In this document: positions 38,030 to 52,329 of the stretch, piece after piece
How the letters are laid out: each line of letters opens with the position of its first letter
Position numbering within the stretch: the stretch's first letter is position 1
From: Octopus sinensis
Taxonomy: Eukaryota
Reading direction: 5' to 3'
DNA: 64,000 nt
Assembly (NCBI RefSeq): GCF_006345805.1
Contig: NC_042998.1
Location: 115,134,001-115,198,000 of the forward strand
Translations under genes and position numbers: made by a program
Notes under the pieces: generated by a model
Told to the model about the DNA's origin: nothing
The model's input: only the letters and a program-made list of their open reading frames with translations
Databases searched by the model: none

Positions 38030-39105
38030 TGTAAATAATATAAATAATGTAAAGTGACACTTGACTTGTTTACTGGTCATGCTTCAAGAACCCTGCGAAG
38101 GATTCTTGCAGTTCCAAGCAATGCTGATTTTTGTCGGTGTTCTACCTTCACACTTGCACCAGTCTTTTTCAGCCACGTAGGTAGTTGAGTGCTGATACTT
38201 CCTAGTGCACCAATTACTATTGGTATCGCGTCTACATTCCTCTTGGACCAAAACCTCGTCATAGTTGTTTATATTTTCTTCTTCTTTCACATTGATCCTG
38301 TTGTCACCAGACATGCTATGTCGATTATCATACATGTTCTTTCCGTTTTATTCACCACAGCAATGTCCAGTTTCCGATGCCTGGTTTGGTGATTACATCC
38401 CACAAGATTTTGCAATTCTCACTTTCAGTGACTCTTCTGGAGGAGTTTTGTCATACCACGTTTTTGTTCTTTGTTGGCCCTGGCTTCCCCAAACTCCCAA
38501 TGGATCATTCTGGCCACATTGTCATGGCGTCTTTTATATTCGCATTGTGCCAGTTTCGCGCATTCGCTAACGATGTGCCATATCGTTTCATCCCTCTCAC
38601 CACACATTCTGCATTTATCGCTATCGGTAGTGTTGTCTATTCTGCACTTCATATAGTTGGTCCTTAACGCTTGTTCCTGAGCTGCGCATGTGAGTGCTTC
38701 TGTCTCTATCTCCAGATCACTCCTCCTCATCCATAGCCACCGGTATTCTGTATCTGTATTGGCATTCACATCTCTTGGAAACTGATCGCACATTTTCTTT
38801 TCTTTCCATGCTATTTCTACTTTTCCTCATTTCTTGTTTAAATTTGTCTTCAGTTACACAATTTTCAGTTTTGATGACGCCAGCCTTCTTCGTGTGTTTC
38901 AACAGTGGCTCCACGGCATTTTTTATATACCACCATAGGCTGTTTCCATTGCATCGATACAGTCCTGGCAACTGATTAAATCTCTCCCACGCTTTCTTCT
39001 GGACAAGTACAGCCTATCAGTGTCACTCCTAGGGTGGAAAGCTCTGTGTACTGTCAACATTTTTCTGGTCTTAGTATCCATTTTCTTTACTTCTCTCTTT
39101 TGCCA
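38030..39105 (-). mobile_element. 5'-truncated R4/Dong-clade non-LTR retrotransposon (RT thumb + CCHC knuckle + restriction-like endonuclease), frameshifted
   Basis: Minus-strand peptides WQKREVKKMDTKTRKMLTVHRAFHPRSDTDRLYLSRR; CRMCGERDETIWHIVSEC..YKRRHDNVAR; KILWD; IPIVIGALG..LLGTARILRRVLEA* (stop 38077-79). Confidence 0.9.
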
Positions 39106-39325
39106 TAGGCGGCGAGCTGGGAGAATCGTTAGGGCGCTGGACGAAATGCTTAGCGATATTTCGCCCGTCGCTACGTTCTGCGTTTAAATTCCGCTGTGAG
39201 CGACTTTGCCTTTCATCCTTTCGAGGTCGATAAATTCAGTACCAGTGAATCAATGGGGTCGATGTAATCGGCTAGACCACTCCCCAAAATTTTCAGTCGT
39301 TGTGCCTATAGTAGGAAGGCGTATT

Positions 39326-39362
<37 letters not shown>

Positions 39363-39571
39363 AGGCGGCGAGCTGGCAGAATCGTTAGCAACTCCGGGCG
39401 AAACGCAGTATTTCGTCTGTCTTCGTGTTCTGAGTTCAAATATCGCCGGGGTCAATTTTGTTTTTCATTCTTTCGGGGTCGATAAATTAAGTACCAGTCC
39501 CGCACTGGTGTCTATGTAATCGACTTAATCCCTTCTCCCAAATTTGAGGCCCTGCGCATCCAATAGAAAGG

Positions 39572-39617
<46 letters not shown>

Positions 39618-39835
39618 CATCATCATTATTACACATTTTGTGGCGAGCTGACGGAATCGTTAGCTTAAAATGCTTAACAGATTTTCGTCCGTCTTTACGT
39701 TCTGAGTTGAAATTTCACTGTGGTCGACTTTGCCTTTCATCCTTACGGGTTCGATAAATAGCAGTTTAACACTTTAGTCGATGTAATAGACTTCTCCCCT
39801 CCCCCGAAATTTCAGGCCTAGCACCTTTGGTAAAA
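39106..39835 (+). mobile_element. Three tandem Nin/Deu-like tRNA-derived SINE copies (39106-39325, 39362-39570, 39641-39835); others at 25830-26040 -, 26788-26980 +, 40205-40330 +, 63420-63620 -
   Basis: Head GGCGGCGAGCTGGCAGAATCGTTAG, B-box GAGTTCAAAT, central GACTTTGCCTTTCATCCTTTCG.GGTCGATAAA..AGTACCAG; copies separated by (ATC)n and (ATT)n. Confidence 0.88.
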
Positions 39836-41178
39836 ATGATTATTATTCATTTTTTCCATCATGTACTGGTGTGTGCATATTTATCCTTATTTTATCTATT
39901 CTATTCAATTTTAGATAAATCAAAGTATGTCTGAGAATACCGGAGCGTATTAAACTTATTTTGTGCGTGACCTTTGCCCTGACCTATGTGTGTGTGTGTA
40001 TGTACACACACACGCACACTCACGCACACACACACATACACACACACGCGCACGCACACACACACTCTGAAATTCAACTACAAAACAACCTTTTTTTCAG
40101 CAGCACAGCTGCTAGGTTTGTGAAATACTTCAGTAGTATAATAAAATGTTTTATTAGTCCCTTTTTAGAAGATTGTTAAATCTAATTCAGTATTTGACTA
40201 GAAGGTGGCAAAATTACACAGCCGTTAGAGTGTTGGCCAGAATGACACTACGGTAGGTTTCCAACTCTCTACACTTTGAGTTCAATCCCACCGTACTTAG
40301 TTTTTATGTTTCATCTTTTTGGGATGAATAATACATTGCCTATCCAGAGCAGTGGAATACCAAAACTGTTCAAGAGTTAGGCGAGATGCCTGATCCTCTC
40401 TGTTCCACTTCTTTACATTCTTTCAACAACGTCTTCGAAAGACAAGGGAGTGAGACTGTATTCGCCTAAGTGTGAGGGTAGTCTTGCGTACATGGGCAAT
40501 GCTCATTTTCTTCAATTACCATCCTAAGCCAGTTCATGGGTAAGCTTCATTTACACAGTCCTTATATATATGGTTTGCTTTTAATGAGTATCATCTCTAC
40601 CTCAGTACTTTACCATATCGAACTTTGAAGTTCGAAAAGCACTTTTAGCATTAAATGTGATTTGAACGCAGAATAACACATGTCGTGACAAAATATCTGA
40701 AGCAGGTTCATTTAAACTACATTACAGGTCCTCAGTCAAAGCAATGCAGTGGGGTCCTAAATACACAACCAGAATACACATAGGTTAGCACTGTGGCCCA
40801 TGTACTTGTAGATAGCTCGCGACGTACGGCAACACTGACCCCAGTCATGTTTATATCATACGTTGCAACGCTATTTCTATTCTAACAGTCTTTGTAAAAA
40901 CACTCACCAATGCGGCATGGAAACCTCAAAGTGCGTTATACAACACAATATAGAGTTATCTATAAATAATGTCTTTCTTAATGTATTGCTCTTGCTCTAT
41001 GTAGACACAAACACATTGACTTGCGTTTTATTCTACTTTTTGCTATTTATTGGTTTTCATCTTTTTCCATTTTCTTTTGTCATACGTCAATTGTACTATT
41101 TTTCATATTTGCATTTCTGTATGTCTCTGTATATGTGTATATATAAATATATGTTTGTTTTGAGGGATGTGTCTATGA

Positions 41179-41237
<59 letters not shown>

Positions 41238-41478
41238 TTTATATATATATATTGAGGGATGTCTATGAATATATATACACACATACATATATATATGTAT
41301 ATATATATATATATGTATATACATAAGTAATATATATATATATATATATATAATATATATATATATGCATATATATATATGTGTGTGTATGTATGTGTTT
41401 ATGTATGTATGAAAACACACACGTATACACACACTCACACACACATACACGCATACACACATATATGCGCAGGCAGAC

Positions 41479-41530
<52 letters not shown>

Positions 41531-42477
41531 TGTGCCTCGAAACATATATGCACTTGTCAATCTATGTGTGAGTGAATATGTTTATGGATATGTATGAATG
41601 CATATAATTTTGTTCTTTGTCCAATAGTTTCTCATCAGTTTTTCTATAACATACGTGCATTGGTTTTAATAACTGTTGTTTTGCAACGTACGAAGTCGGA
41701 AATAGCCGAATGATGTTTGAACACGAAGTGCCTCTGTTGTGTTCTGTATCAAAATCATTTGAGAGGACAATATGCAAAGAACAAAAGATACATGAAAAGG
41801 AAGATATTGCCGAGCGAAGGAAGAATAACGAAAGCATTCAGTTATGAGAGGGAGATATAGGGAGTAAGGAAGAGAAATATGGCAAAAGATAAAGATATAG
41901 AACAGAAATAAAAAGGAAATGCATCAATTGAAGAAAATAGTATTCTTTCAAAAGATACCTCCTTATTATTATTTGAAGTATTGTCAATTCATACTGTTGG
42001 CATGCTGTATGATGGAGGGTAGATATATTGAGTAAAAGAAAGAAAAAAAAGTTTCATAAAAAGCAAGAGAAACAAAGCCTAGAGTGAAGGGGAAAGTGTG
42101 TGAGAGAGAGAGAGAGGGGGAGAGAGAGAAGAGGGAGAGAAAAAGAGAGTGAGGGAGAGAGAATGTGTGTGAGAAAGACAGCGGAGAGAGAGAGGAAGAG
42201 TTCGAAAACGGGAAGGAAGAAAGATATAATGCAAAAGAGTTGGACAATAAAGAGAGAAAAACGGAGTTTACACGTGTATATGCACATAAACTCGCATACA
42301 CAAACACATACATGTATACATACAAACATACATTTACGTACACACACACACATATATGAATGCATGTGTGTGTGTCTCTCTCTCTATATATAAGTGTGTG
42401 TGTGTGTGTGTATGTATACATACATACTTAAATACATACATGCATGCTTGCGTGTATATATACATATATATGTATGA

Positions 42478-42510
<33 letters not shown>

Positions 42511-44356
42511 ATATTATATATATATTGCACACGTATATAGAGATCGACATTTTATTGCTTGCTAGTTCGATAGATAGACACTCAAATATGGAGAGAGGGG
42601 GAGAATGAGAGAATGATGATTGCTAGAAAGCTATAAGGGGTGACTGAAGTCTATAGCTTCCCGATATAACTTCTCTTCTGATTTTTAATAATATTCTAAT
42701 AATGGTTGTGTGTCGTCTCCGACCAATTACACTATCTCCTCTTTAATCTTGCCTTAGAAATTTCGAATAAATGGAAACAAAAGCAGCAATATTAATAACA
42801 GAAACAACAACCAGTTCTAAACGGTAATGAAAGGAAAAGATAAGGAAGCAAAGAATAACTGAAGAAAAAAAAGGACATTCAAAGAGAACGCAAAACAAAT
42901 ACAAAAAAAAAATATGAAGAAAATGGAAGTAGAAAAAAATGCAAATAGAATTTAATGGAAAAGTTACAGTGAAAAAGAAAACAAGTGTATACACACACAC
43001 ATACACACATGTATACACGCGCATATACATGCACAAAGAACAGATTTTTAAGTTGTAAATTCAGTTATGACTTTGAGAGAAACAAGCAATGAAAAAATAT
43101 ATTAGAAAAATAAGGGAAGAAGATATACGACAGCAAAAAGATGGAGAAAAAATGTTAGAAACATAGGAAAACAGTAATAATTTAAATGAAATTTATACAT
43201 GTGTGTGTCTCTGTATGCGTATATGTTTATGTATGTATACATAAAGATGTATGCGTGTGAGAGTGAGTATATATATATATTTATATGTACAGATATACAT
43301 ATATTCATGTATGCTTTTAACTTTCTAATTTTCTTTTTAAAGCAATGTCCGCTATCCAATTTTTCATAAACGAGCCATCTTGGTTTACTTCCTTAATTGA
43401 TCTAGAAAAAGAAATAAATAAAGAAACAAAGAATAATTGAAGGGAAAAAAAATGTAAGTCATAACAGATAAAACAGCAACAACGAAATGGTTAAGAATGA
43501 AAAAAATAAGATGAAAAAATAATTATTATAAAATAATTACGAAAAATATAAATTAGTCTTTGTACCGTTTATATATAAAGATATGCAGACAAATACCTGC
43601 GTAAGGTATCATTTAAAAAATAAAAAAAAGGAAGAAGAAAAGAAAAAAAGTAAAGGGAAAGAAAAGGAGAAAGAGATAGAAATAATCTTTATTGTTTCTT
43701 AACTTTCCATTTTTCTCTCGTTCTTTTTTTTTTTTCCAACATTGTTCTTCCCTTTAATTCTGCCGTTATTTTTGTTGCTGCACCAACATTTTTCTCTCAT
43801 TTTCTCATTAATATCTGTTTAACTTTTCTTTATAGAAGAGTGTTTCCCTTTCTTGTCGTCTGAGGGGGTGGTTTCAAAATTTTATATTACACACAATACA
43901 TAGTTTGGCTTCTTCTTCTTCTTCTTCTTCTTCTTCTTCTTCTTCTTCTTCTTCTTCTTCTTCTTCTTCTTCTTCTTCTTCTTCTTCTTCTCCTTCTTCT
44001 TCTCTTCTTCTTCTTCTTCTTCTTCTTCTTCTACTTCTTCTTACTCCTCCTCTTCTTCGTCGTCGTCGTCCCCACCGTCCTCGATCTCCCCACATCCCAC
44101 ACCTCTCTCTTATCAGCTTCCTTTGCCTTGAAATTTGGATATATTTGTTTATTTATTTACTCGGTATTTTTACGAGCATTTAAGCAAATTGGCGGTAAAT
44201 ATGCTCAAGAAAGAACCATCCAATTTCGTTAGTAGATGGAACAAATACATGGTAAACTAAAATGAGACAAAAGAGTCGCTGAGTGTGTATGACTATTTTG
44301 AAAAGACAAACTACAAAACAAACAACGGCGAAATAATAATAATAATAATAATAATA

Positions 44357-44435
<79 letters not shown>

Positions 44436-45531
44436 TAATGATAATGATAACAAGGATAATAATAATAATAATAATGATGATAATAATATTAAAGGAAAAA
44501 GTGAAATGAGAAAACGTATAAGAAGAATTATAACATAAAGCGAAGAAAGAGAAGAGGGAAAGTATGGGGTAGGGGAGGAAGAGGCAGGAATATAGGAAAA
44601 GCAGAGGAGGAGAAGTAGAAGGAGGAGGAGGAATAGGAGAAGATGAAAGAGAAATAGAACAAACCAGAAAAAAAAACAGATTACGTAGTTGAGGACGATG
44701 ACAACGGCGATGGTGACGATGATGATGATGATAATGATAATGAACGGAGAAGGTGGATGAGAAGAAGAAGAAGAAGAAGAAGAAGAAGAAGAAGAAGAAG
44801 AAGAACCACCACAACCGCACCAACACAAAAACAACTACAAAAGCAACAACAGCAACAGCAGCAGCAACAATACCAGCAGTAATGCCAACAATAACGGCCC
44901 TAACAGCAGCCGCAACAGCAGCACGTAATAACAACATCACCAACAGCATCAGCAGCAGCAGTAATGACACCAGTAATAAGTAATGACAACAATAACAGCT
45001 GTCAGTAATTGAAAGAGTAGCAGCAGCCGCCGAAAGTAGTAAGAACCTCGACCGTGTGATGGCAACAACAATAACAGCAGTAATGATGACGAAAAGATCA
45101 AGGATACACAATGACAACGGCAGCCATTTGTAATAACAACAGCTGAAGCGATAAGTAATAACATCGGAGTTAGCTGAGGCAAGTAATGACAACTCCTCCA
45201 TCAGCAGAAATAGTAATTAACAATAGCGTAAAAATTTAATTCTTTTACTCTTTTACCTCTTTCAGTCATCTGACTATAGCCATACTGGAGCACTGCCTTG
45301 AAGGGTTTTAGTGGAACAAATCGACACCAGGACTTATTTCTTGAGCCTGGTACTTATTCAATCGGTCTCATTTGCCAAACCGCTAATCTACGTGGTCGTA
45401 AACTCACGAAAACCGGTTGTCAAGAGGTAATGGAGAGTGGGGACAAACACAGACACAGATATATAGATCACCATGATGGATCGTTAGCCACTAAAGCTTT
45501 TTCTATTTTCTCTCCGTTTATTTCTGTGTTC

Positions 45532-45567
45532 CTTTCTGTCGAAGAACGCAGGCTCGAAACGTAAAAG
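45532..45567 (+). ncRNA. Minimal hammerhead variant (core CUGUCGA), second copy (element ~45470-45655)
   Basis: CTTT-CTGTCGA-a-GAAC-gcag-GCTC-GAAAC-GTA-AAAG. The flanks are homologous to 19150-19350 in opposite orientation. Confidence 0.55.
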
Positions 45568-45658
45568 ACTTTCTCACTTCCCGAGCGTTAAACTAATACA
45601 TCTGTTTGTGTTTACACATCCGTCTTTGTCTTTTCTTTTTTGTAAATTCTCATCATAT

Positions 45659-45713
<55 letters not shown>

Positions 45714-45797
45714 TTCGAGACAAAACCACTATTTTGCAAAACAAACAAGGAAAGACTTAATCAATACATAAAAATTTTAATATAAAGAAATAAACCG

Positions 45798-45840
45798 CCA
45801 CTACAATCGTTTCATGTCTTCAATGACATTCGTCAGGTGG
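45798..45840 (-). ncRNA. Minimal type I hammerhead ribozyme (Penelope pLTR type)
   Basis: Minus strand: CCAC-CTGACGA-ATGTC-attgaa-GACAT-GAAAC-gatt-GTA-GTGG. Stem I CCAC/GTGG, 5-bp stem II, near-palindromic ACGATTGT stem III. Confidence 0.8.
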
Positions 45841-45955
45841 ATTTTCGATCTAAATATCAATATATTAAAATATAAGTTTAAAATAATAAAATTATCAATG
45901 AAAAATATAAATATATATAATCTATATATAATATTTATATACATATATATATATA

Positions 45956-46029
<74 letters not shown>

Positions 46030-46171
46030 ATACCTGCCCGTAACATAGCGGTTCGGCAAAAACGACCAATAGAATAAGCCCTAGGTCGATTTGTTCGTCT
46101 AAAGGTGGTGCTCCAGCATGGCTGCAGTCAAATGACTGAAATAAGTAAAAGAATGTTTGTATGCATGTATG

Positions 46172-46212
<41 letters not shown>

Positions 46213-46246
46213 TGAGAGAGAGAGAGAGAGTGAGAGAGAGAGAGAG

Positions 46247-46302
<56 letters not shown>

Positions 46303-46303
46303 T

Positions 46304-46335
<32 letters not shown>

Positions 46336-47230
46336 TACGACGCGCTTCTTTTAGTTTCCGTATATTAAATCCACTCACAAGGCTTTGGTCGGCTCGAGTC
46401 TTGTAGAAGACACTTGCCCAAGGTACCACTCAGCCGGACTGAACAGGGAACGACGTGGTAGGGAAGCTTCTTACCACACAACCACGCCTGTCAACAAAAA
46501 AGTGAGTACCTTACAAACGAGTACAATTGCGATTATAAGAGGTTGAAGGGGAGGGGTTATTTGGTGGATGTAGGGGTCAGTAGTCATTATGGTGAAGCTG
46601 GTACCATGGTAGTGGTAGCAGTTGTGGTGGTAGTGGTGGTGGTTGCGCTGGTGATGGCGGTGATGATGATGATGATGGCAACGACGACGACGATGACGAT
46701 TATGATGGCGACGATGATGTCGACGATGATGTCGACGATGGTGATAACGATGATGAAAATGATGAGAAAGATGATAGCGACGACAACGATGATGTCGACG
46801 GCGATGATGACGACGATGAAAATGACAACAACAATGATTTTGAGGATGGAGATGATGGTAATGAAAATTATGACTACGATGAAGGTGATGATGAAGATGC
46901 GGAAGATGATGATGATGAAGATGATGATGGCGACGACAACGATGACGTCGACGGTGATCATAACGACGATGAAAATGACGATGACGACGACGATGATGAT
47001 GATGATGATGATGATGATGAAAAGACGACGACGACGACAACGACGATGACGATAACAATGATGATTACTTGGATAAGAGACAGGAGGAGAAAGAAGAGAG
47101 AGGAGGATGTGATGGGGAAACAGCAATATCTACAGAAGTGGTGGTGGGAGAAGCAATCAAAATCTTAAAAAAAATACGTTAATACAAATGTAAAAACAGT
47201 GAACAACAAAACCATACACACACACACACA

Positions 47231-47261
<31 letters not shown>

Positions 47262-49499
47262 CTGTGATTTAAAAAGATGAATGAAATAATGAATGAGTGA
47301 AAGGAGCGAAGAGGAAGAAACGGTAAAAAGGGAAGGAGGGATGGCGAGCGGAGAGTAGGGACAATGATTAAATTAATGTCTAGAATTAATTCTACTGGAC
47401 ACTGTAGAATATATTATAGTTTTTATTATTGGAAATAATGGAGAGACGATAATGGCGGCAGTGGTGATTTGGGATCCGGTGGTGGCGATGGTGGTGAGTG
47501 GTGGTGGTGGTGGTGGTTGTGGTGGTGGTGCTTCTGATATAAGTAAAAGTGGAAATTTGGATAGAGTGTATTGGCGGCGGCGGCCGCGGCGGTGGTGGTG
47601 GTGGTGGTAGCGATTTTTATTAGTGGTTTCGGTGTGCCTGGTAATGGTGATGGTTATGATAGTGTTTCTAATGGAGGTGGGGATTTGATGAATGTTTTGT
47701 TGTTGTTGTTGTTGTTGTGGTGGTGGTGGTGGTGGTGGTGGTAGCGGTAGTTGTCCCTGGTGGTGGGGGCCGGGGGTGGCGACGGCAGTAGTTATTTTTA
47801 GTGGCTGTAATAGCGGTACTGTTGGTGATGGTGACGTTGGTGAGTTCTAAAGACAGTCGTTGGTGGTGTCGGTGGTGGTGTCGCTGGTGGTGTTGGTGGT
47901 GGTACTTTTTTTTGTGGCGGTGGCTGTGACACTTTAGAGGAGGTGATGAACGTTGTTGTTGTTGTGGTGATGGTGGTGGTGGTAATAGTTGTAGCTAGTC
48001 GGTAGGAGTTGTAGCGGCGACGGCGGCGGAGATGGTGGTCGTTGTGGTGTTTGTAAATATGGCGGCGCAGGTAGTCCTCTTCGTGATGATGGCGACTAAA
48101 TTGGTAAAGGAGTGGTGGGGGTGTAGGAGATGAAGTCGGGGTTGGTGGTTTAGAATGTGGTGATGGTAGTGGCGCTGGTTGTAGAGTATGTTGGTTGTTA
48201 TAGTGATATTGCACTAATGATGCCGATGGCGTGGTTGTTGTTGTTGGTGGTGATGGTAATGGTGGTGATGATAATGGTGGTGGTGGTGGTAATGATAGTG
48301 GTGGTAGTGGTGTGGTAGTGGTAACAGTGTTGCTGGTAATAGATGAGCTAATTGTAGGAGTAGTACCATGTATTAAGGAGTAGTGGCGGAACAGTATTGC
48401 TGAAACGCAGAGTTGGAAAAGGTGATAGTCGTGATATGGAATGGTGGTGGTGGCGGTGTTGTTGTTGTAGGTGGTAGTGGTAGCGGTGTTGTTGCTGTTG
48501 GTGGTGAAGGCGGTGTTGTTGTTGGTGGTTGGGTGAAGGCGGGTTGTTGTTGTTGGTGGTGGTGAAGGCGGTGTTGTTGGTAGATGCAGTGTTGTTGTTG
48601 TTAGTGGTGGTGGTTGTAGCAACGGTGGATGATAATGATGATCATCATGAACCTCATGAGGGTCGCGCTGGTGATGGTTTTGGTGATGGTGGTAGTGATG
48701 ATGTCTGTGCTGGTGATGGTTCTAGTGCAGGCGTACTAGTGATAATGATGATGATGTTAATAATGATGATGGTGATGGTGGTAGAGATGGTGATAGTGCT
48801 GGTGGTGGTTGTGCTGATATTGGTGGTGATGATGCTGGTGATAGTAGTGGTGGTAGTGGTGGTGATGGTGACATCATTAATAGTGCTACTGCTGCTGTGG
48901 CTGCTAGAAAGATTTGGAAATGACGAGCGAAGAAGTTTAAAAGACGATAAAAAAAATTAACCGGCAAATCTCTTCTTTTTGTAATCTTGAATAATGAGAT
49001 GTGAAACCCATAATTTGTTATATACAATTATTGCTGTTGATATAATGCAATATATAACTACCTCATTTACTAACCAATCACAGTAAAAACAACAACAACA
49101 ACAACAAAAATACTGTCATATATGTATAGTGCGTAAGGTTCGCTTCTTAACTTTTTTCAGAGTTTGTTCCCTCGGCTTGTCACTTTGACTAAATGTGTGT
49201 ATCTTAGCTTTATGTCGACTAAAGACTTCACGGAAGAATTTGTGGATGGAAATTGCTTGGAAGACTATGGGAGAGGCTTTCTGAATTGGTGCTTTGGGAG
49301 GTTGTGGACTTCATCCGTTACCCGGTTTAACACTTCCGTTTGGAACCAGGTAAATAATCGAGCTCACTGATTGTACAATCTATTGCTAGAGGTTAAGACT
49401 GAGACTCTGGGGTCAAATATGTAAGAAGAAACAGCGAAATCTATAATGTTACATATTAAGTAGGAATGAAGACAAGAAAAAATGAAAAATGAATTATTA

Positions 49500-51260
49500 T
49501 CATACTTGGTTCCATTGTACTGAAAATTACCACCAATGCCGACTTCTTAGACGTCACGCTCGACTTGTGCTCCGGTACATACAGGCCTTACTGCAAGCCA
49601 AAAGAGAAATAAACGTGCATCAACACAGCCTCCTGCTACCCACCCATTGTGTTCAGAAACCTAGTGAACGGTGTTAGCAAGAGAGTAACGAACCTTTCCT
49701 CAAGCCAAAATATTTTTGATGCAACATTCCCTACGATAACGAAGCTCTAGCGGACTTATGGACCGCATCTCCTACATGCCGGGCCCTGATATGCGTAGAA
49801 GAAAGTATTATAGAAATATCATTTGATTTGCACCCCGCCACCACCATTCTCTCTTAACGTAAAAACGCCCGTAGTTATGATATTCCTTAAGTTAATAGAT
49901 ACACATTCACGCATTCACATAGGTGTGGTCGTATTTTCAGCCGGCACAAACTTAAGGTCTCTTTTAGTTGATCTCCCAATATTAAGAGTATTCTAGTTAG
50001 CATCCCTAGGCCACGAGCGGAGGCAGGATGCTCATGCAGGTACCACAACAGATGCCCAGTGAGGGGCCAGCGAGAAACCAAGGGAATCGTCTATGAAGCT
50101 GAGGTACTGACCAACCCTAATAGCAACAGTAGCATCAGTAGCTCCCCAAACGGCTACTACAGTAGCAGGAACGACAGTGCCAATAGTAGCAGCAGCATCA
50201 GTAGCAGCAGCAGCAGCAGCAGCAGCAGCAGAGATACTAGTAGGACCAGTGGCAGCATAATCGCCAACGAAAACAACAGCAACAACGTTAATGACAGCAA
50301 CGGCCGTATCCATAACGGCAGCAGCAATATCAGCAGCTTCCCCAACGGTTACTACAGTAACAGGAATGACAGTACTAATAGTAACAGCAGCAGAGACACT
50401 AACAGAACCAGCGGCAGTACCATCACCAGCGATAACAACAATAACAGCATCAACGACAGCAATGGTAGTAACCCTTAAGAATAGCAGCAGAGCCATTGCC
50501 AATAATATTTATAACAGCAGTGACAGCGCCTCCATCAACGACCACAACAACAAAAGCACCATTACCGAAACCAGTAGTAATGGCACCAACACAATCGCCA
50601 TCTTAAACGACGTCAACACCAGCAATGCCAGTACCAACAACATCGGTAGTACCAACGCCGACACCAACAGATACTGCATCGCCAACACCAACAGATACAG
50701 CACTGCCAACACCCAAGCACGGAGATACATCGGTTGCTGAGGTAACACATTCAAGCAACGCATCTCCAACAACATATCCTCCTTCAGGATACTGGAAAGG
50801 AGATACGTTACGTCATTAGCCAGCAATGTATGGCAGATAAAGGATGTCGATATTCCACAGAAAATATCATGGAAAATCCTAGAAAATCCAGACTGCTCCA
50901 TAAACGGGATCAAGCGTTGTAGACTGTGCTTAGCGAACGGGAGAGGATACTAAAGGAATCCTTCGACTCGGGGAACATCCTTAACTCCAGAATAGAGATC
51001 TTCGAACCGTGCTTGCATTTCAGGAAATTCCTGTTGGCCTCCAAGAACCCACAAGATAACAGGGTGACACACGATCGATTGCCAAAGGAAGACAATTCCC
51101 TCTTGTTGGCATTGAGTAGCTAGGCCATTCCCCCCTCTATTTTTTAGAGAGGGCATAAGCCAACAGGTTTGGGATCTGATGATACGCTGTAAAGCTAAGC
51201 GCTTTATGGACATGAAACCCAGGGTATTCCCATCAATCGGCCTAATCTAACTTTATTTAT
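49500..51260 (+). mobile_element. Penelope-like element 3' half (RT C-terminus, linker, GIY-YIG endonuclease, hammerhead-bearing pLTR), decayed
   Basis: DFLDVTL (49541), RNII*F..P, KVSFS*SPNIKSIL, CPVRG...KGIVYEAEV (50083), RRYIGC*GNTFKQR, ISWKILE, CRLCLSERERIL...LNSRIEIFEPCLHFRKFLL, then a hammerhead at 51171. Confidence 0.88.
51171..51231 (+). ncRNA. Hammerhead ribozyme motif at the 3' end (pLTR) of a Penelope-like element
   Basis: GGGAT-CTGATGA-...GTAAAGC/GCTTTAT hairpin...-GAAAC-CCAGG-GTA-TTCCC, about 120 bp downstream of the GIY-YIG end. The base of stem II and the first stem I pair are imperfect. Confidence 0.65.
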
Positions 51261-51317
51261 ATAATATACTGCTCTATATCTTAGAGTGTGCTCCTTTTTC
51301 GGATTTATGTTTTACCG

Positions 51318-51369
<52 letters not shown>

Positions 51370-51431
51370 GTATGTATGTATGTATGTATGTATGTATGTA
51401 TGTATGTATGTGTGTGTGTGTGCGTGTGTGT

Positions 51432-51477
<46 letters not shown>

Positions 51478-51478
51478 G

Positions 51479-51551
<73 letters not shown>

Positions 51552-52265
51552 GGAGACAGTCACAAATATAGATAATTTTTAAAAAATAACGTAAGTAGGA
51601 AGAGAAAACAAGAGTGAATGAAAAACGAAGAAATTACCAGTAAACTATATATATAGAAAAAAGGAATGAGGAAATGTTGAGCGAAGAAAATATCTTTTTT
51701 AAACAAATAGAAAGTGATTAAACTTAGAAAGAAAGAGCGAAAGAGAGAATGAAGGAAAGAATGAAAGAAAGTTAGAAAGAAACAAATAAACTGTGAAATT
51801 TTGAAGGAAAAACAGAAACAAACAAAATGAAACTTCAATATGAGGAATGTATGTACGAGAGTGAACAACGAGATGTGTTTTCTTCTCATTGTAGCAACAA
51901 TATAAAGAAATTAGGGCAGGTGTGAACATTTTGACAAACTATTCGGTTTTAACGAAATAATGGACTTTGAAAACTTGTGCAAACTTGATTGGTAATACTG
52001 AATCGTAATTAATAGTCGGTCGGTATCAGCTGAACACATAGATACACAGTTGATTTAATGAAGCTTTCTTTTCATTACACCACTTATTTTCTTTCATTTA
52101 TTTTACTTTTCTCTTTTACCTATATATTTTTTCCCGTCTGCTTTTTATACGTATATCTACTTCAATCTCTAATGCAACTTTTTTTCATACACAAACGCAC
52201 ATACACATACATACATACATACATACATACATGCATACATACATACATACATACATACATACATG

Positions 52266-52329
<64 letters not shown>

